Source: Rudaea sp.
GTDB taxonomy: Bacteria; Pseudomonadota; Gammaproteobacteria; Xanthomonadales; Rhodanobacteraceae
DNA: 50,352 nucleotides
NCBI GenBank assembly: GCA_035693405.1
Contig: DASSGP010000009.1
Location: forward strand, 1 to 50,352
Direction of reading: 5' to 3'
Shown here: one piece after another, positions 9,482 to 19,470 of the stretch
Layout of the letters: each line of letters starts with the position of its first letter
Numbering within the stretch: position 1 is the first letter of the stretch
Notes under the pieces: model-generated
Database searches by the model: none
Told to the model about the DNA's origin: nothing
The model's input: only the letters and a program-made list of their open reading frames with translations
Position numbers and translations under genes: made by a program

Positions 9482-10336
9482 TCAGCCTTGCCCAAGCGCG
9501 GCGTGCGAGCGCCGGGTCATCGAAAACTTTTGCGCGTAGAACTCGAGTCCGCCAGGGCCGCGCCGCTTCGACCGGTACATCGCCGCGTCGGCGCGGCTGA
9601 TCAGCGTCTGCGCGTCCTCGGCGTCCTCCGGGTAGATCGTGATGCCGACGCTCGCCGAGAGCTGCAACCGGTGCCCGCCGGCACGCGCTGGTGCGGCGAG
9701 AGCGGCCAGCAGCTTCTGCGCGATCAACGCGGTGTCGGCAGCCTGCGATATGTCCGGCAGCAGCACGAGGAACTCCTCGCCGCCATGACGACTGACCGTG
9801 TCGGAGTCGCGCACGGCGGATTGCAGGCGCCGCGCTGCAAGTTTCAAGGCCTCGTCGCCGATCGCGTGGCCGAGCGTGTCGTTGATGCGCTTGAAATTGT
9901 CGAGGTCGATGAACAGCACGGCGATTCGTGTTTCATGCCGCCGCGCCGTCGCGATCGCACTCTCGAGCCGATCCAGCATGAGCAAGCGATTCGGCAGCCC
10001 GGTCAGCGGATCGCGCTGGCCCAAGCGGGCCAGTTCGCCGAGTTCACTGACGGCAGTTTCGGCGACGCTTTCCGCGTGCAGGGCGGCAAGCACGAGTTGT
10101 TCGTTGGCCTCGGCCAAGGCGGACTGCGCCTTCGTCCCGTCCATGGCTTGGCGGATATCCACGAGGTTCTGACGCAGGCGTACCAGCCTCTTCAGCAGCC
10201 CGTCGGTTTCCTGGCTAAGCTGCGACAGATTGCGCGCGGCGCCGCCGTCGTTGCCGCGCTCGACTCGCGTTTGCGCGGCGCCCGCCTGCGGGAATTGCGG
10301 GCGTTCAATGCGGTTGAGTAATCTGTAATCTTTCAT
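9482..10336 (-). CDS. Diguanylate cyclase (coiled coil + GGDEF)
   Basis: 'DPLTGLPNR', 'FIDLDNFKRINDTLGHAIGD', I-site RDSD five residues before GGEEF; start placed at ATG 10336. Confidence 0.9.
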   Translation of the reverse strand: MKDYRLLNRIERPQFPQAGAAQTRVERGNDGGAARNLSQLSQETDGLLKRLVRLRQNLVDIRQAMDGTKAQSALAEANEQLVLAALHAESVAETAVSELGELARLGQRDPLTGLPNRLLMLDRLESAIATARRHETRIAVLFIDLDNFKRINDTLGHAIGDEALKLAARRLQSAVRDSDTVSRHGGEEFLVLLPDISQAADTALIAQKLLAALAAPARAGGHRLQLSASVGITIYPEDAEDAQTLISRADAAMYRSKRRGPGGLEFYAQKFSMTRRSHAALGQG

Positions 10337-10426
10337 GCGTGTTGCCGTCCGCGGTTTCGCCGTCGAGACCGGCCTGTTCCAGTGCGCAGCATTCGGTCGA
10401 GTCGGTGGCGATTCGTGCAATCCATG

Positions 10427-10442
10427 CGCAAGTTATGTGCCA
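10427..10442 (-). promoter_or_regulatory. Sigma54 promoter of the GGDEF gene
   Basis: Minus strand TGGCAC-ATAAC-TTGCG, ~90 nt upstream of the start. Confidence 0.75.
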
Positions 10443-10516
10443 GCAGGAACGCCGCGGCACTGCAGCCGGCTTACCCAAGCAACCATGCCGGAACGCACGA
10501 CGCGGCTGCGCGGCGG

Positions 10517-10529
10517 TTGCACTTTGCAA
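10517..10529. promoter_or_regulatory. Perfect TTGCA-CTT-TGCAA palindrome, putative enhancer
   Basis: 75 bp upstream of the -24 element at 10442. Confidence 0.55.
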
Positions 10530-10677
10530 GGTAAAGTCTAGCAACCAGGCGATGACGTTTTGGTCTTCGACTTCAGCCAATGCGTTCACTCCGCGTTAAC
10601 GCCGGCTTCACGATCGCCGAAATCGATGCCAATGCGGACGAGCCGCGCCATTGGCAAGAAGGGTAACTGTGGAATAG

Positions 10678-11115
10678 TCAGTCCACGGCCGGCTCGGTGT
10701 GCGCGAGCAGCGTCAGCGCGGATGCCGCCGTTGACAATGCGCCCGCGCGCTGGCGTTGGCGACGCATGATGCGCTGTGCGTCGCGCACCCAGGCGATAGT
10801 GAAACCGCGAACGTGGGCCACGAGTTCATGCGGAAGGTGACGGCTGCCGCGCCGCAGGAACTCGGCAATGATCGCGTCGGCGATTGCCGCGTCGTCGTCC
10901 GGCGCGGCGAGGATTTCCTTGATCCTGTCCGCCGGAATCAGGCTGCGCGCCTTGCGCTCGTGTGCCAGGCGCAGCCACGAATCACCGGTCGCATCGAGCC
11001 GGCATTGCCAAGCCAGTCCATGATGGATGAAGCCGAACCGGGATACGCCGAAATCAGCGTGTTCGTAGACGATGGGTTCTTGGACGGCAACAACATTCTT
11101 GCGTACTGAAAGCAT
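10678..11115 (-). CDS. Hypothetical protein (145 aa)
   Basis: ATG-started ORF with protein-like composition, co-oriented with neighbours; no recognisable motif. Confidence 0.5.
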   Translation of the reverse strand: MLSVRKNVVAVQEPIVYEHADFGVSRFGFIHHGLAWQCRLDATGDSWLRLAHERKARSLIPADRIKEILAAPDDDAAIADAIIAEFLRRGSRHLPHELVAHVRGFTIAWVRDAQRIMRRQRQRAGALSTAASALTLLAHTEPAVD

Positions 11116-11477
11116 TTCGGGTCTCGTTGATACTTGCTGCGTACTCTCTTCATTGCGCTGGTGCGGCGAACCGGTCGGTCCCCGGTGCGCACGCCCTGCG
11201 ACTCGGGCCGGTCGGAACGCGGCTGCTCCGGCATTTCGGGAGGCGGGTTCGGCGGCGATTGCGGCGGCACCGAGTCAGGATGCTCCTCCGGCGAGTCGAA
11301 CGGCGCTTCGTCGGGAGCTTCCTGCGGCGTTTCCACCGGCGCGTTGCCGGGCAACTCCGGACCGGGCCCGTTTGGCGCGTGCGCGGCGAAACGTTGGCGA
11401 CGCAACGGCGCACGTTGGCCGCGGCGAAGACAGGAAACCTCAGATTTTTCACCGACGGTCGATATCGCAGATCGCAT
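10938..11477 (-). CDS. Possible Pro/Glu-rich low-complexity protein (boundaries uncertain, may be degenerate)
   Basis: 'PELPGNAPVETPQEAPDEAPFDSPEEHPDSVPPQSPPNPPPEMPEQP' segment; ATG 6 nt after the EF-hand gene stop; runs ~180 nt into the next ORF. Confidence 0.3.
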   Translation of the reverse strand: MRSAISTVGEKSEVSCLRRGQRAPLRRQRFAAHAPNGPGPELPGNAPVETPQEAPDEAPFDSPEEHPDSVPPQSPPNPPPEMPEQPRSDRPESQGVRTGDRPVRRTSAMKRVRSKYQRDPKCFQYARMLLPSKNPSSTNTLISAYPGSASSIMDWLGNAGSMRPVIRGCAWHTSARRAA

Positions 11478-11482
11478 CGGCG

Positions 11483-11821
11483 TCAGGGTCTCTCGGGCGG
11501 TGGTGGATTGTTGATCGTGCATGCCCTCAACTCGGGCCAGGTGAGTTTGCCGTCATGGTCGGCATCGCAATTGGCGTAGTTCTTCGAGAGGAATGGGTCG
11601 GCGGAAACATCGTCGTTGCTCAGGTAGCCTTTCTGTCCGCGATCCATGCTGTCGAAATATTGCTTTTGACCGTGGCGCACATTGTGGCCGCCGTCGTCCG
11701 TGCGTTGCTTTGTGTTGGCGTTGTCGAGAACCTGTGTTTCCGTCGGGGCCTGCGCCGAAGCGGCCGCTGCTGCACTCAACGCGCACACCAAAAATGCAAA
11801 TCCAACAGTTCGTTCCTGCAT
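11483..11821 (-). CDS. Small exported EF-hand protein
   Basis: Signal peptide 'MQERTVGFAFLVCALSAAAAASA'; EF-hand-like loops 'DRGQKGYLSNDD' and 'DADHDGKLTWPE'; GAGGA RBS. Confidence 0.8.
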   Translation of the reverse strand: MQERTVGFAFLVCALSAAAAASAQAPTETQVLDNANTKQRTDDGGHNVRHGQKQYFDSMDRGQKGYLSNDDVSADPFLSKNYANCDADHDGKLTWPELRACTINNPPPPERP

Positions 11822-11861
11822 GGGACTTCCTCATTGGGGCAAAAGTTCGGCGCAGGAACTA

Positions 11862-11877
11862 CGCAGGCAGTGTGCCA
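11862..11877 (-). promoter_or_regulatory. Sigma54 promoter (variant) of the EF-hand gene
   Basis: Minus strand TGGCAC-ACTGC-CTGCG (GG-N10-GC), 40 nt before the ATG; TTGCAACGTGCAC lies 72 bp upstream (11949-11961). Confidence 0.6.
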
Positions 11878-12085
11878 ATCGGCGCGCCGCTGATTTGCAG
11901 GCGGCCGCCTCGCCGCCGTGCAACTCGCCAGCGAGTTGCCGAAGTGCTTTGCAACGTGCACGCGCGCAACGGCGCTGGCGCTGCGCCGCACGCGCGTGCG
12001 ACTGGCACAACCCTTGATGCTTCCTCCCTCGAAGGGATGAGCGTTTGTGCGAACGCGCGGGCGCTCTGCGCTCGTAACCCCGCGA

Positions 12086-12529
12086 TCAGGAATGCTTCAT
12101 CTGCTGCTTGAGCGCACTCATCTGGCTGTGGTCGCGCATGACTTCGGGCATGTACTTCGTCGCCAGTTCCCGCACGCCGGAATCGTCCGACTCGGCAGCG
12201 GCATCGCGGAACGCATCGACGATGCGGTCCTCGAACTCTTCGAGCTGGGCGATGTATTCGCGATCCGGCGCACTGCTCAGCTTGGCGCGAATCTCGCCGT
12301 AGGCCTTGCGCAGCGTGCCGCCGGCGCTGCCGCCCTCGGGCGCTTTTTTGCCGCGCGCCGTAATCTGCGTCTTCAGATCCGAGGCGATCGCACCCTTGGT
12401 ACGCGCCATGCGCGTGAACAGCTGTTGCAGTTCCGGCTGGTCGACCTTGGTCGACGCCTCCTCGTAGAATTTCTTGCTGTCGTTCAGGACTTCGACGAGT
12501 TCCTTCAAGGTATATGTATCGCGTTTCAT
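12086..12529 (-). CDS. PA2169-family four-helix-bundle (ferritin-like, DUF2383) stress protein
   Basis: 'LKELVEVLNDSKKFYEEA', 'GGSAGGTLRKAY', 'YIAQLEEFEDR', 'HSQMSALK'; GGAGG RBS. Confidence 0.88.
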   Translation of the reverse strand: MKRDTYTLKELVEVLNDSKKFYEEASTKVDQPELQQLFTRMARTKGAIASDLKTQITARGKKAPEGGSAGGTLRKAYGEIRAKLSSAPDREYIAQLEEFEDRIVDAFRDAAAESDDSGVRELATKYMPEVMRDHSQMSALKQQMKHS

Positions 12530-12624
12530 GCTTGCCTCCGTCTTTCGAATGATGATGTCGGCGACCCGCGACCAGCCTGGCCGTGCCGACGAAGTTCACA
12601 CCCTGGGGTGTGGGATTCCTGGTT

Positions 12625-12987
12625 TCATGGAATGAATCCGTGCGGTGGGAAATTCCGCGTGCGCCCGTGCATTCCGAGGATTGCCACCGCAGCCGGCTGC
12701 CGGTTCGAGCGTGTCGAAGAAACCGTGAGCGCTGCACGGCGGACGCGCCGCGTACGCAGCACGATCGGATCGTTGCGCCGCTTCAGGTGCGCTCGCACCG
12801 CGGCCGGATCCGGACCCACGCTCTCCACCGCGCGGCATATTTCCAATGGCGTGGCTCCAAGCATCCGGCACCAGTAACGCAAGCTGGTTTGCTCCTTGAG
12901 ATCGATCTTGCCCATCAGCGGCATCGCCGCCACAACTCGCGCCACGCCGAGTTGGCCGTTACCCGGCAGGTCAGGATTGCGGTTCAT
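12625..12987 (-). CDS. DUF3606-like small protein
   Basis: 'KIDLKEQTSLRYWCRMLGATPLEICRAVESVGPDPAAVRAHL' matches the I.l.e..e..YW...lg.t...l..AV..vG pattern; GAGGAG RBS before ATG 12987. Confidence 0.7.
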   Translation of the reverse strand: MNRNPDLPGNGQLGVARVVAAMPLMGKIDLKEQTSLRYWCRMLGATPLEICRAVESVGPDPAAVRAHLKRRNDPIVLRTRRVRRAALTVSSTRSNRQPAAVAILGMHGRTRNFPPHGFIP

Positions 12988-13022
12988 GAGAACTCCTCGA
13001 AGCAGAACGGCTGCAGTAGCGT

Positions 13023-13038
13023 CGCAACGACCGTGCCA
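13023..13038 (-). promoter_or_regulatory. Sigma54 promoter of the DUF3606/PA2169 unit
   Basis: Minus strand TGGCAC-GGTCG-TTGCG, 35 nt before ATG 12987; CTGCAGGTTGCAA lies 78 bp upstream (13116-13128). Confidence 0.78.
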
Positions 13039-13458
13039 CGCTGCTTTGCCCCGAAACTCGCGCTGTTTGCCCATCGGCTGCGCGCTCGTGCAATGCAAGT
13101 TGCGAGCGGCGACTGCTGCAGGTTGCAAATTGCGCCTGCAGGAAAATCGAAGAGCCGCACATCCGTCACGACGATCGAAGCGCAGGCGACCGCGCGCGAG
13201 TTCTGGCGGACACAGCCATGGTCACGAACCTTGCCGCCGGCTGAATGGCAGTCCAACGCGGGCCATGGATTCCTTGCGGACGGCTGGCGAATCCATTAAT
13301 AGGATTATCTTTAGCCATCTTCGGTGGCACGGGGGGGTGGTTGTAAGCGCACACGCAGCATTTCTCTCCTGGTAACTTGGCCCGGAGCAACCGCCACAAC
13401 AACGAATAGAGCGCGCGCGTTCGAGCGCTCTGCAATGCGCAAGTCGCGAGGAATCAAG

Positions 13459-16400
13459 ATGTCCCAGACTGCCCCCCGACGTCGCCGCGCCGCTGTCAGC
13501 GCGCCGCCTTCACCGCCGCCGGCGCCGGCGCCAGCGCTTGGTCCGATGGAACAATTGCTGGCCGCCATGGCGGCGGTCGGTGACGGCGATTTTTCCGTGC
13601 AGTTGCCGCGTCACTGGGAAGGCGTCGACGGCAAGCTCGCCGAAAGTTTCAATTTGATCGTCAATCACAATCGCCGCCTGGCGCGCGACCTTGCGCTGGC
13701 CGGCGAGAAAGTCGGACGGCAGGGCCTCACGCGTCATCGCCTCGTCCCGGCGAACCGGCAAGGCGCGTGGGCCGAGATGGAACAGTCGATCAACGGACTG
13801 ATCGACGATCTGGTGCGCCCGGTCGAGACGATGACCGAAGCGATGGCCGGCGTGGCCAAGGGCGATCTGACGCGTACCGTGCCTCTCGAAGCCGACGGCC
13901 GTCCGCTGCTCGGCGAGTTCCAGCGTTCGGCGAACATCGTCAATCGCATGATCGAGCAGATGAAGGAGTTCAGCTCCGAAGTTACGCGCGTCGCGATCGA
14001 AGTCGGCACCGCCGGACTCCTTGGCGGTCAGGCGAAAGCCAAAGGCGTGTCCGGCGTGTGGAAGGACCTGACCGATTCGGTCAACCAGATGGCGAACAAC
14101 CTTACCGCACAGGTGCGCAACATCGCCGAGGTGACGATCGCAGTCGCGAACGGCGACCTGTCGCGCAAGATCACGGTCGACGTGCGCGGCGAAATCCTGC
14201 AATTGAAGGAGGCCATCAACACGATGGTCGACCAGTTGCGCGGCTTTGCATCGGAAGTCACGCGCGTGGCGCGCGAAGTCGGCACCGAGGGCAAGCTCGG
14301 CGGCCAGGCGATCGTGCCTGGCGTCGCCGGCACGTGGAAGGATCTGACCGACTCGGTCAATTCGCTGGCGTCGAACCTGACCTCGCAGGTGCGCAACATC
14401 GCCGAGGTCACGACTGCGGTCGCGAAAGGCGACCTGTCGCGCAAGATCACGGTCGACGTGCGCGGCGAGGTGCTGCAGCTGAAGGAAACCATCAACACGA
14501 TGGTCGACCAGCTCAACGGTTTCGCCGCGGAAGTCACGCGCGTGGCGCGCGAGGTCGGCACGGCCGGACTGCTCGGCGGCCAGGCACAGGTGCCCGGTGT
14601 CGCCGGCACGTGGAAGGACCTGACCGACTCGGTCAACCAGATGGCGAACAACCTGACCGCGCAGGTACGCAATATTTCCGAGGTCACGATCGCGGTCGCC
14701 AATGGCGACCTGTCGCGCAAGATCACGGTCGACGTGCGCGGCGAAATTTTGCAATTGAAGGAAGCCATCAACACGATGGTCGACCAGTTGCGCGGCTTTG
14801 CCTCGGAAGTCACGCGCGTCGCGCGCGAAGTCGGCACCGAAGGCAAACTCGGCGGTCAGGCGATCGTGCCCGGCGTCGCCGGCACGTGGAAGGACCTGAC
14901 CGACTCGGTCAATTCGCTGGCGTCGAACCTGACCTCGCAGGTGCGCAACATCGCCGAGGTGACGACGGCCGTGGCGAAAGGCGATTTGTCGCGCAAGATC
15001 ACGGTCGACGTGCGCGGCGAAATTTTGCAGCTGAAGGAAACCATCAACACGATGGTCGACCAGCTCAACGGTTTCGCGGCCGAAGTCACGCGCGTGGCGC
15101 GCGAAGTCGGCACCGAAGGCAAGCTCGGCGGCCAGGCCGAAGTACCCGACGTGGCCGGCACGTGGAAGGATCTGACCGACCACGTGAACTCGATGGCATC
15201 GAATCTGACTTCGCAGGTGCGCAATATCGCCGAGGTGACGACGGCGGTCGCCAAGGGCGACCTGTCGCGCAAGATCACGGTCGACGTGCGCGGCGAAATC
15301 CTGCAGCTGAAGGAAACGATCAACACGATGGTCGACCAGCTCAACGGCTTCGCCGCGGAGGTCACGCGCGTCGCGCGCGAAGTCGGCACCGAAGGCAAAC
15401 TCGGTGGCCAGGCGATCGTGCCTGGCGTCGCCGGTACGTGGAAGGATCTGACCGACTCGGTCAATTCGCTCGCATCGAACCTGACTTCGCAGGTGCGCAA
15501 CATCGCCGAGGTGACGACGGCAGTCGCGAAGGGTGACCTGTCGCGCAAGATCACAGTCGACGTGCGTGGAGAAATTTTGCAGCTGAAGGAAACCATCAAC
15601 ACGATGGTCGACCAGCTCAACGGTTTCGCGGCGGAAGTCACGCGCGTGGCGCGCGAGGTCGGCACCGAAGGCAAGCTCGGCGGCCAGGCGCAGGTGCCCG
15701 GCGTCGCCGGCACGTGGAAGGACCTGACCGACAACGTCAATTCGATGGCATCGAACCTCACCGCGCAGGTGCGCAACATCGCGCAGGTGACGACCGCCGT
15801 TGCGCGCGGCGATCTGTCGCGCAAGATCGGCGTCGACGTCAAGGGCGAAATCCTCGAGCTCAAGGACACGATCAATACGATGGTCGACCAGCTCAACGGC
15901 TTCGCCGCCGAGGTCACGCGCGTGGCGCGCGAGGTCGGCACCGAAGGCAAGCTCGGCGGCCAGGCGCAGGTGCCCGGCGTCGCCGGCACGTGGAAGGACC
16001 TGACCGACAACGTCAACTCGATGGCGTCGAACCTGACGACCCAGGTGCGCAACATCGCCGAAGTCGCGACCTCGGTCGCGCGCGGCGACTTGTCGCGCAA
16101 GATCGCGGTCGGCGCGCAGGGTGAAATCCTGCAGCTGAAGGAAACGCTGAACACGATGGTCGACCAGCTCAACGGCTTCGCCGCCGAAGTCACGCGCGTG
16201 GCGCGCGAGGTCGGCACCGAAGGCAAGCTCGGCGGCCAGGCGCAGGTGCCCGGCGTGGCCGGCACGTGGAAGGACCTGACCGACAACGTCAACTCGATGG
16301 CGTCGAACCTGACGACACAGGTGCGCGGCATCGCCAAGGTCGTGACCGCGGTCGCAACCGGCGACTTGAAGAAAAAGCTCACGGTCGAGGCGAAGGGCGA

Positions 16401-19400
16401 AATCGCCGAGCTCGCCGACACGATCAACAGCATGACCGAGACGCTGGCGATCTTTGCCGATCAGGTGACGACGGTGGCGCGCGAAGTCGGCGTCGAGGGC
16501 CGCCTCGGCGGACAGGCAAACGTGCCGGGCACCGCCGGCATCTGGGAAAACCTGACGGCGAACGTGAACCAGCTCGCCGCGAACCTGACGACGCAGGTGC
16601 GCGCGATCGCGGAAGTCGCGACGGCGGTCACGCAGGGCGACCTGACGCGCTCGATCCAGGTCGACGTGCGCGGCGAAGTCGCCGACCTCAAGGACAACAT
16701 CAACGCGATGATCGGCACGTTGCGCGCGACGACGGAATCCAATCGCGAGCAGGACTGGCTGAAGACGAACCTGGCGAAATTCAGTGGCATGATGCAGGGC
16801 CAGCGCGACCTGATCACGCTCGGCCGCATGCTGCTGTCCGAGCTCGCGCCGCTGATCAACGCGCAACAGGGATTGATGTACGTCGTCGATCCCGACGAAT
16901 TCGGCAAGACGCGCAAGCTGCGCAAGCTGATCGGCTATGCCGACGCCAGCGACGCCGAAGTCGGCCACACGCTCGACATCGGCGAAGGGCTGATCGGGCA
17001 GTGCGCCGCACTCGGCCAGACGATCGTGATCGAAAACGTTTCGCCGGGCCTCGGTCAGATCCGCTCAGGCCTGATCAGCGCCGATCCGCGCAACATCATC
17101 GTTTTCCCGGTACTGTTCGAAAAGCAGGTCAAGGCCGTCATCGAGCTCGCATCGCTGACCGAGGTCACGACCTCGCAGCGTTCATTCCTCGAGCAGCTCT
17201 CAGGCAGCATCGGCATCGTGCTGAACACCATCGAGGCCTCGATGCGCACCGAAACCCTGCTGTCGCAGTCGCAGCAGCTGGCCGGCGAGCTGCAATCGCA
17301 GCAGCGCGAACTGCAGCAGACCAACGAGGACATCGCACTCAAGGCGGCGCTGCTCGCCGAACAGAAGGCCGAGGTCGAACACAAGAACCAGCAGATCGAA
17401 TACGCGCGGCGCGCGCTCGAGGAAAAGGCCGCGGAGCTGGCGCTGACGTCGCGCTACAAATCCGAGTTCCTCGCGAACATGTCGCACGAATTGCGCACGC
17501 CGCTGAACAGCATTCTGATCCTCGGCCAGCAGCTGGCGGAAAATCCGGGCAGGACGCTGAGCGAAAAGGAGGTCGAGTTCGCCAAGACGATCCACGCGGC
17601 CGGCACCGACCTGCTGCATCTGATCAGCGACATCCTCGATCTGTCCAAGATCGAATCCGGAACGGTCACGATCGATCGCGAGGAAATCACGTTCAATCAC
17701 CTGCGCGAGAATATCGAGCGCGCGTTCCGGCACGAGGCCGACCGGCGCAACCTGGAGTTCGTGGTCGACTTTCCGGATACGCTCGGCAATTCGTTCAACA
17801 CCGACCCGAAGCGCCTGTTGCAGATCCTCAAGAACCTGCTGTCGAACGCATTCAAGTTCACCGAGTCCGGCAGCGTGCGGCTGGCAGCCAGGGTCGCAAG
17901 CAAAGGCTGGACCCCGGGACATCCCGTGCTCGACGACGCGCCCATCGTGATGGCGCTCGAAGTCAGCGACACCGGTATCGGCATCTCGGCGGACAAGCAG
18001 CGCATCGTGTTCGAGGCATTCCAGCAGGCCGATGCCGGCACGTCGCGCAAATACGGCGGCACCGGGCTGGGCTTGGCGATCAGCCGCGAACTCGCGGGCC
18101 TGCTCGGCGGCGAGCTGAAGCTGCAGAGCGCAGTGGGAGCCGGCAGCACGTTCACGTTCTACCTGCCGTTCAACTACGTGCCGGAGTCGGAAAACATCGA
18201 GCCTCTTCCGTCGCGCGCCTATCGCGCACGCAGCGAGGAACGGCCGGGCGCGATCGTGGAAAGCGTTGCCGACGATCGGGAATTGCTGGACACTCAACGC
18301 CCGACCTTGCTGATCGTCGAGGACGATGCGCGCTATGCGATGGTATTGCGGGACCTTGCGCGCGCCCATGGTTTCCAGGTGATCGTGGCGCAACACGGCG
18401 CCGACGCGGTGCGCATGGCGCAGCAGTACTCGCCGAGCGCGATCTCGCTCGATGTGTTCCTGCCCGACATGCTCGGCTGGGCCGTGCTCGCGCGGCTCAA
18501 GCACAACATGAATACGCGGCACATTCCGGTGCAGATCGTCACCGTCGACGAGGAGCGGCACAGCAGCCTCGAACGCGGCGCGTTCGCCTTCCTGGCCAAG
18601 CCGGCGACGACCGAGTCGATCGGCGATGCGCTCGAGCGTATCCGCGTGTATACGCTGGCGCGCACCAAGCGCCTGCTGGTGGTCGAAGACGATTCGCGCG
18701 AGCGCTCGAGCATCGAGCAGCTGATTCATGGCGAAGACGTCGAAATCGACAGCGCCGAGACCGGCGCCGAGGCCTTGGCCAAACTCGCAGAAGTGCGCTA
18801 TGACTGCATCGTCCTCGACCTGCGCCTGCCCGACATGAGCGGCTTCGAGTTGCTCGAGCGCATCCAGATCCAACAGGGGCTGTCGGATGTGCCGATCATC
18901 GTGTTCACCGGCCGCGAACTGAGCTCCGACGAGGATCGCCAGCTGCGCCGTGCGGCCAAGAGCGTCATCGTCAAGGGAGTCGAATCGCCCGAGCGGCTGC
19001 TCGACGAGACCGCCCTGTTTCTGCATCGCAACGTGGCCAACATGCCGGCGACGCAGCAGACGATAGTGCGGCGCCTGCACGAGTCCGACGATGTGCTGCG
19101 CCGCAAGCGCGTCCTCGTCGTCGACGACGACGTGCGCAACATCTTCGCGATGTCGAGCATCCTGGAGCGCCACGGCATGGAAGTCATTACCGCCGGGACC
19201 GGCCAGGAGGCGGTCGAAAAGGTCGCTGCCGACCCGGACATCGACCTGGTCATGATGGACATCATGATGCCGGGCATGGACGGCTACGACACGATGCGCG
19301 CGATTCGCGCGCGGCCCGAGTCGCGCAACCTGCCGATCGTCGCGCTGACGGCAAAAGCGATGAAGGGCGACCGCGAGAAATGCCTCGAGGCCGGAGCGTC

Positions 19401-19470
19401 CGACTATCTGGCCAAGCCCGTGGTGACGGATCAACTGCTGGGAGTGCTGAGGCAATGGCTGCATCGCTGA
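13459..19470 (+). CDS. Poly-HAMP/GAF hybrid histidine kinase with three REC domains (group III/OsaA-like)
   Basis: Ten 92-aa repeats '[29 protein letters not shown]'; GAF; '[15 protein letters not shown]'; '[12 protein letters not shown]'; three REC domains; start at ATG 13459 after GAGG. Confidence 0.95.
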   Translation: MSQTAPRRRRAAVSAPPSPPPAPAPALGPMEQLLAAMAAVGDGDFSVQLPRHWEGVDGKLAESFNLIVNHNRRLARDLALAGEKVGRQGLTRHRLVPANRQGAWAEMEQSINGLIDDLVRPVETMTEAMAGVAKGDLTRTVPLEADGRPLLGEFQRSANIVNRMIEQMKEFSSEVTRVAIEVGTAGLLGGQAKAKGVSGVWKDLTDSVNQMANNLTAQVRNIAEVTIAVANGDLSRKITVDVRGEILQLKEAINTMVDQLRGFASEVTRVAREVGTEGKLGGQAIVPGVAGTWKDLTDSVNSLASNLTSQVRNIAEVTTAVAKGDLSRKITVDVRGEVLQLKETINTMVDQLNGFAAEVTRVAREVGTAGLLGGQAQVPGVAGTWKDLTDSVNQMANNLTAQVRNISEVTIAVANGDLSRKITVDVRGEILQLKEAINTMVDQLRGFASEVTRVAREVGTEGKLGGQAIVPGVAGTWKDLTDSVNSLASNLTSQVRNIAEVTTAVAKGDLSRKITVDVRGEILQLKETINTMVDQLNGFAAEVTRVAREVGTEGKLGGQAEVPDVAGTWKDLTDHVNSMASNLTSQVRNIAEVTTAVAKGDLSRKITVDVRGEILQLKETINTMVDQLNGFAAEVTRVAREVGTEGKLGGQAIVPGVAGTWKDLTDSVNSLASNLTSQVRNIAEVTTAVAKGDLSRKITVDVRGEILQLKETINTMVDQLNGFAAEVTRVAREVGTEGKLGGQAQVPGVAGTWKDLTDNVNSMASNLTAQVRNIAQVTTAVARGDLSRKIGVDVKGEILELKDTINTMVDQLNGFAAEVTRVAREVGTEGKLGGQAQVPGVAGTWKDLTDNVNSMASNLTTQVRNIAEVATSVARGDLSRKIAVGAQGEILQLKETLNTMVDQLNGFAAEVTRVAREVGTEGKLGGQAQVPGVAGTWKDLTDNVNSMASNLTTQVRGIAKVVTAVATGDLKKKLTVEAKGEIAELADTINSMTETLAIFADQVTTVAREVGVEGRLGGQANVPGTAGIWENLTANVNQLAANLTTQVRAIAEVATAVTQGDLTRSIQVDVRGEVADLKDNINAMIGTLRATTESNREQDWLKTNLAKFSGMMQGQRDLITLGRMLLSELAPLINAQQGLMYVVDPDEFGKTRKLRKLIGYADASDAEVGHTLDIGEGLIGQCAALGQTIVIENVSPGLGQIRSGLISADPRNIIVFPVLFEKQVKAVIELASLTEVTTSQRSFLEQLSGSIGIVLNTIEASMRTETLLSQSQQLAGELQSQQRELQQTNEDIALKAALLAEQKAEVEHKNQQIEYARRALEEKAAELALTSRYKSEFLANMSHELRTPLNSILILGQQLAENPGRTLSEKEVEFAKTIHAAGTDLLHLISDILDLSKIESGTVTIDREEITFNHLRENIERAFRHEADRRNLEFVVDFPDTLGNSFNTDPKRLLQILKNLLSNAFKFTESGSVRLAARVASKGWTPGHPVLDDAPIVMALEVSDTGIGISADKQRIVFEAFQQADAGTSRKYGGTGLGLAISRELAGLLGGELKLQSAVGAGSTFTFYLPFNYVPESENIEPLPSRAYRARSEERPGAIVESVADDRELLDTQRPTLLIVEDDARYAMVLRDLARAHGFQVIVAQHGADAVRMAQQYSPSAISLDVFLPDMLGWAVLARLKHNMNTRHIPVQIVTVDEERHSSLERGAFAFLAKPATTESIGDALERIRVYTLARTKRLLVVEDDSRERSSIEQLIHGEDVEIDSAETGAEALAKLAEVRYDCIVLDLRLPDMSGFELLERIQIQQGLSDVPIIVFTGRELSSDEDRQLRRAAKSVIVKGVESPERLLDETALFLHRNVANMPATQQTIVRRLHESDDVLRRKRVLVVDDDVRNIFAMSSILERHGMEVITAGTGQEAVEKVAADPDIDLVMMDIMMPGMDGYDTMRAIRARPESRNLPIVALTAKAMKGDREKCLEAGASDYLAKPVVTDQLLGVLRQWLHR
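13980..16740 (+). repeat. 276-bp coding tandem repeat (poly-HAMP array, ~10 units; boundaries approximate)
   Basis: The same codon block recurs at 14281, 14557, 14833 and onward with a period of 276. Confidence 0.9.

Noticed and set aside
13325-13345. TGGCAC upstream of the poly-HAMP kinase as a sigma54 promoter
   Set aside because: No TTGC or GC at the required spacing.
13980-16740. Regular repeats as a possible CRISPR array
   Set aside because: 276-bp in-frame coding units with no unique spacers and no cas genes.
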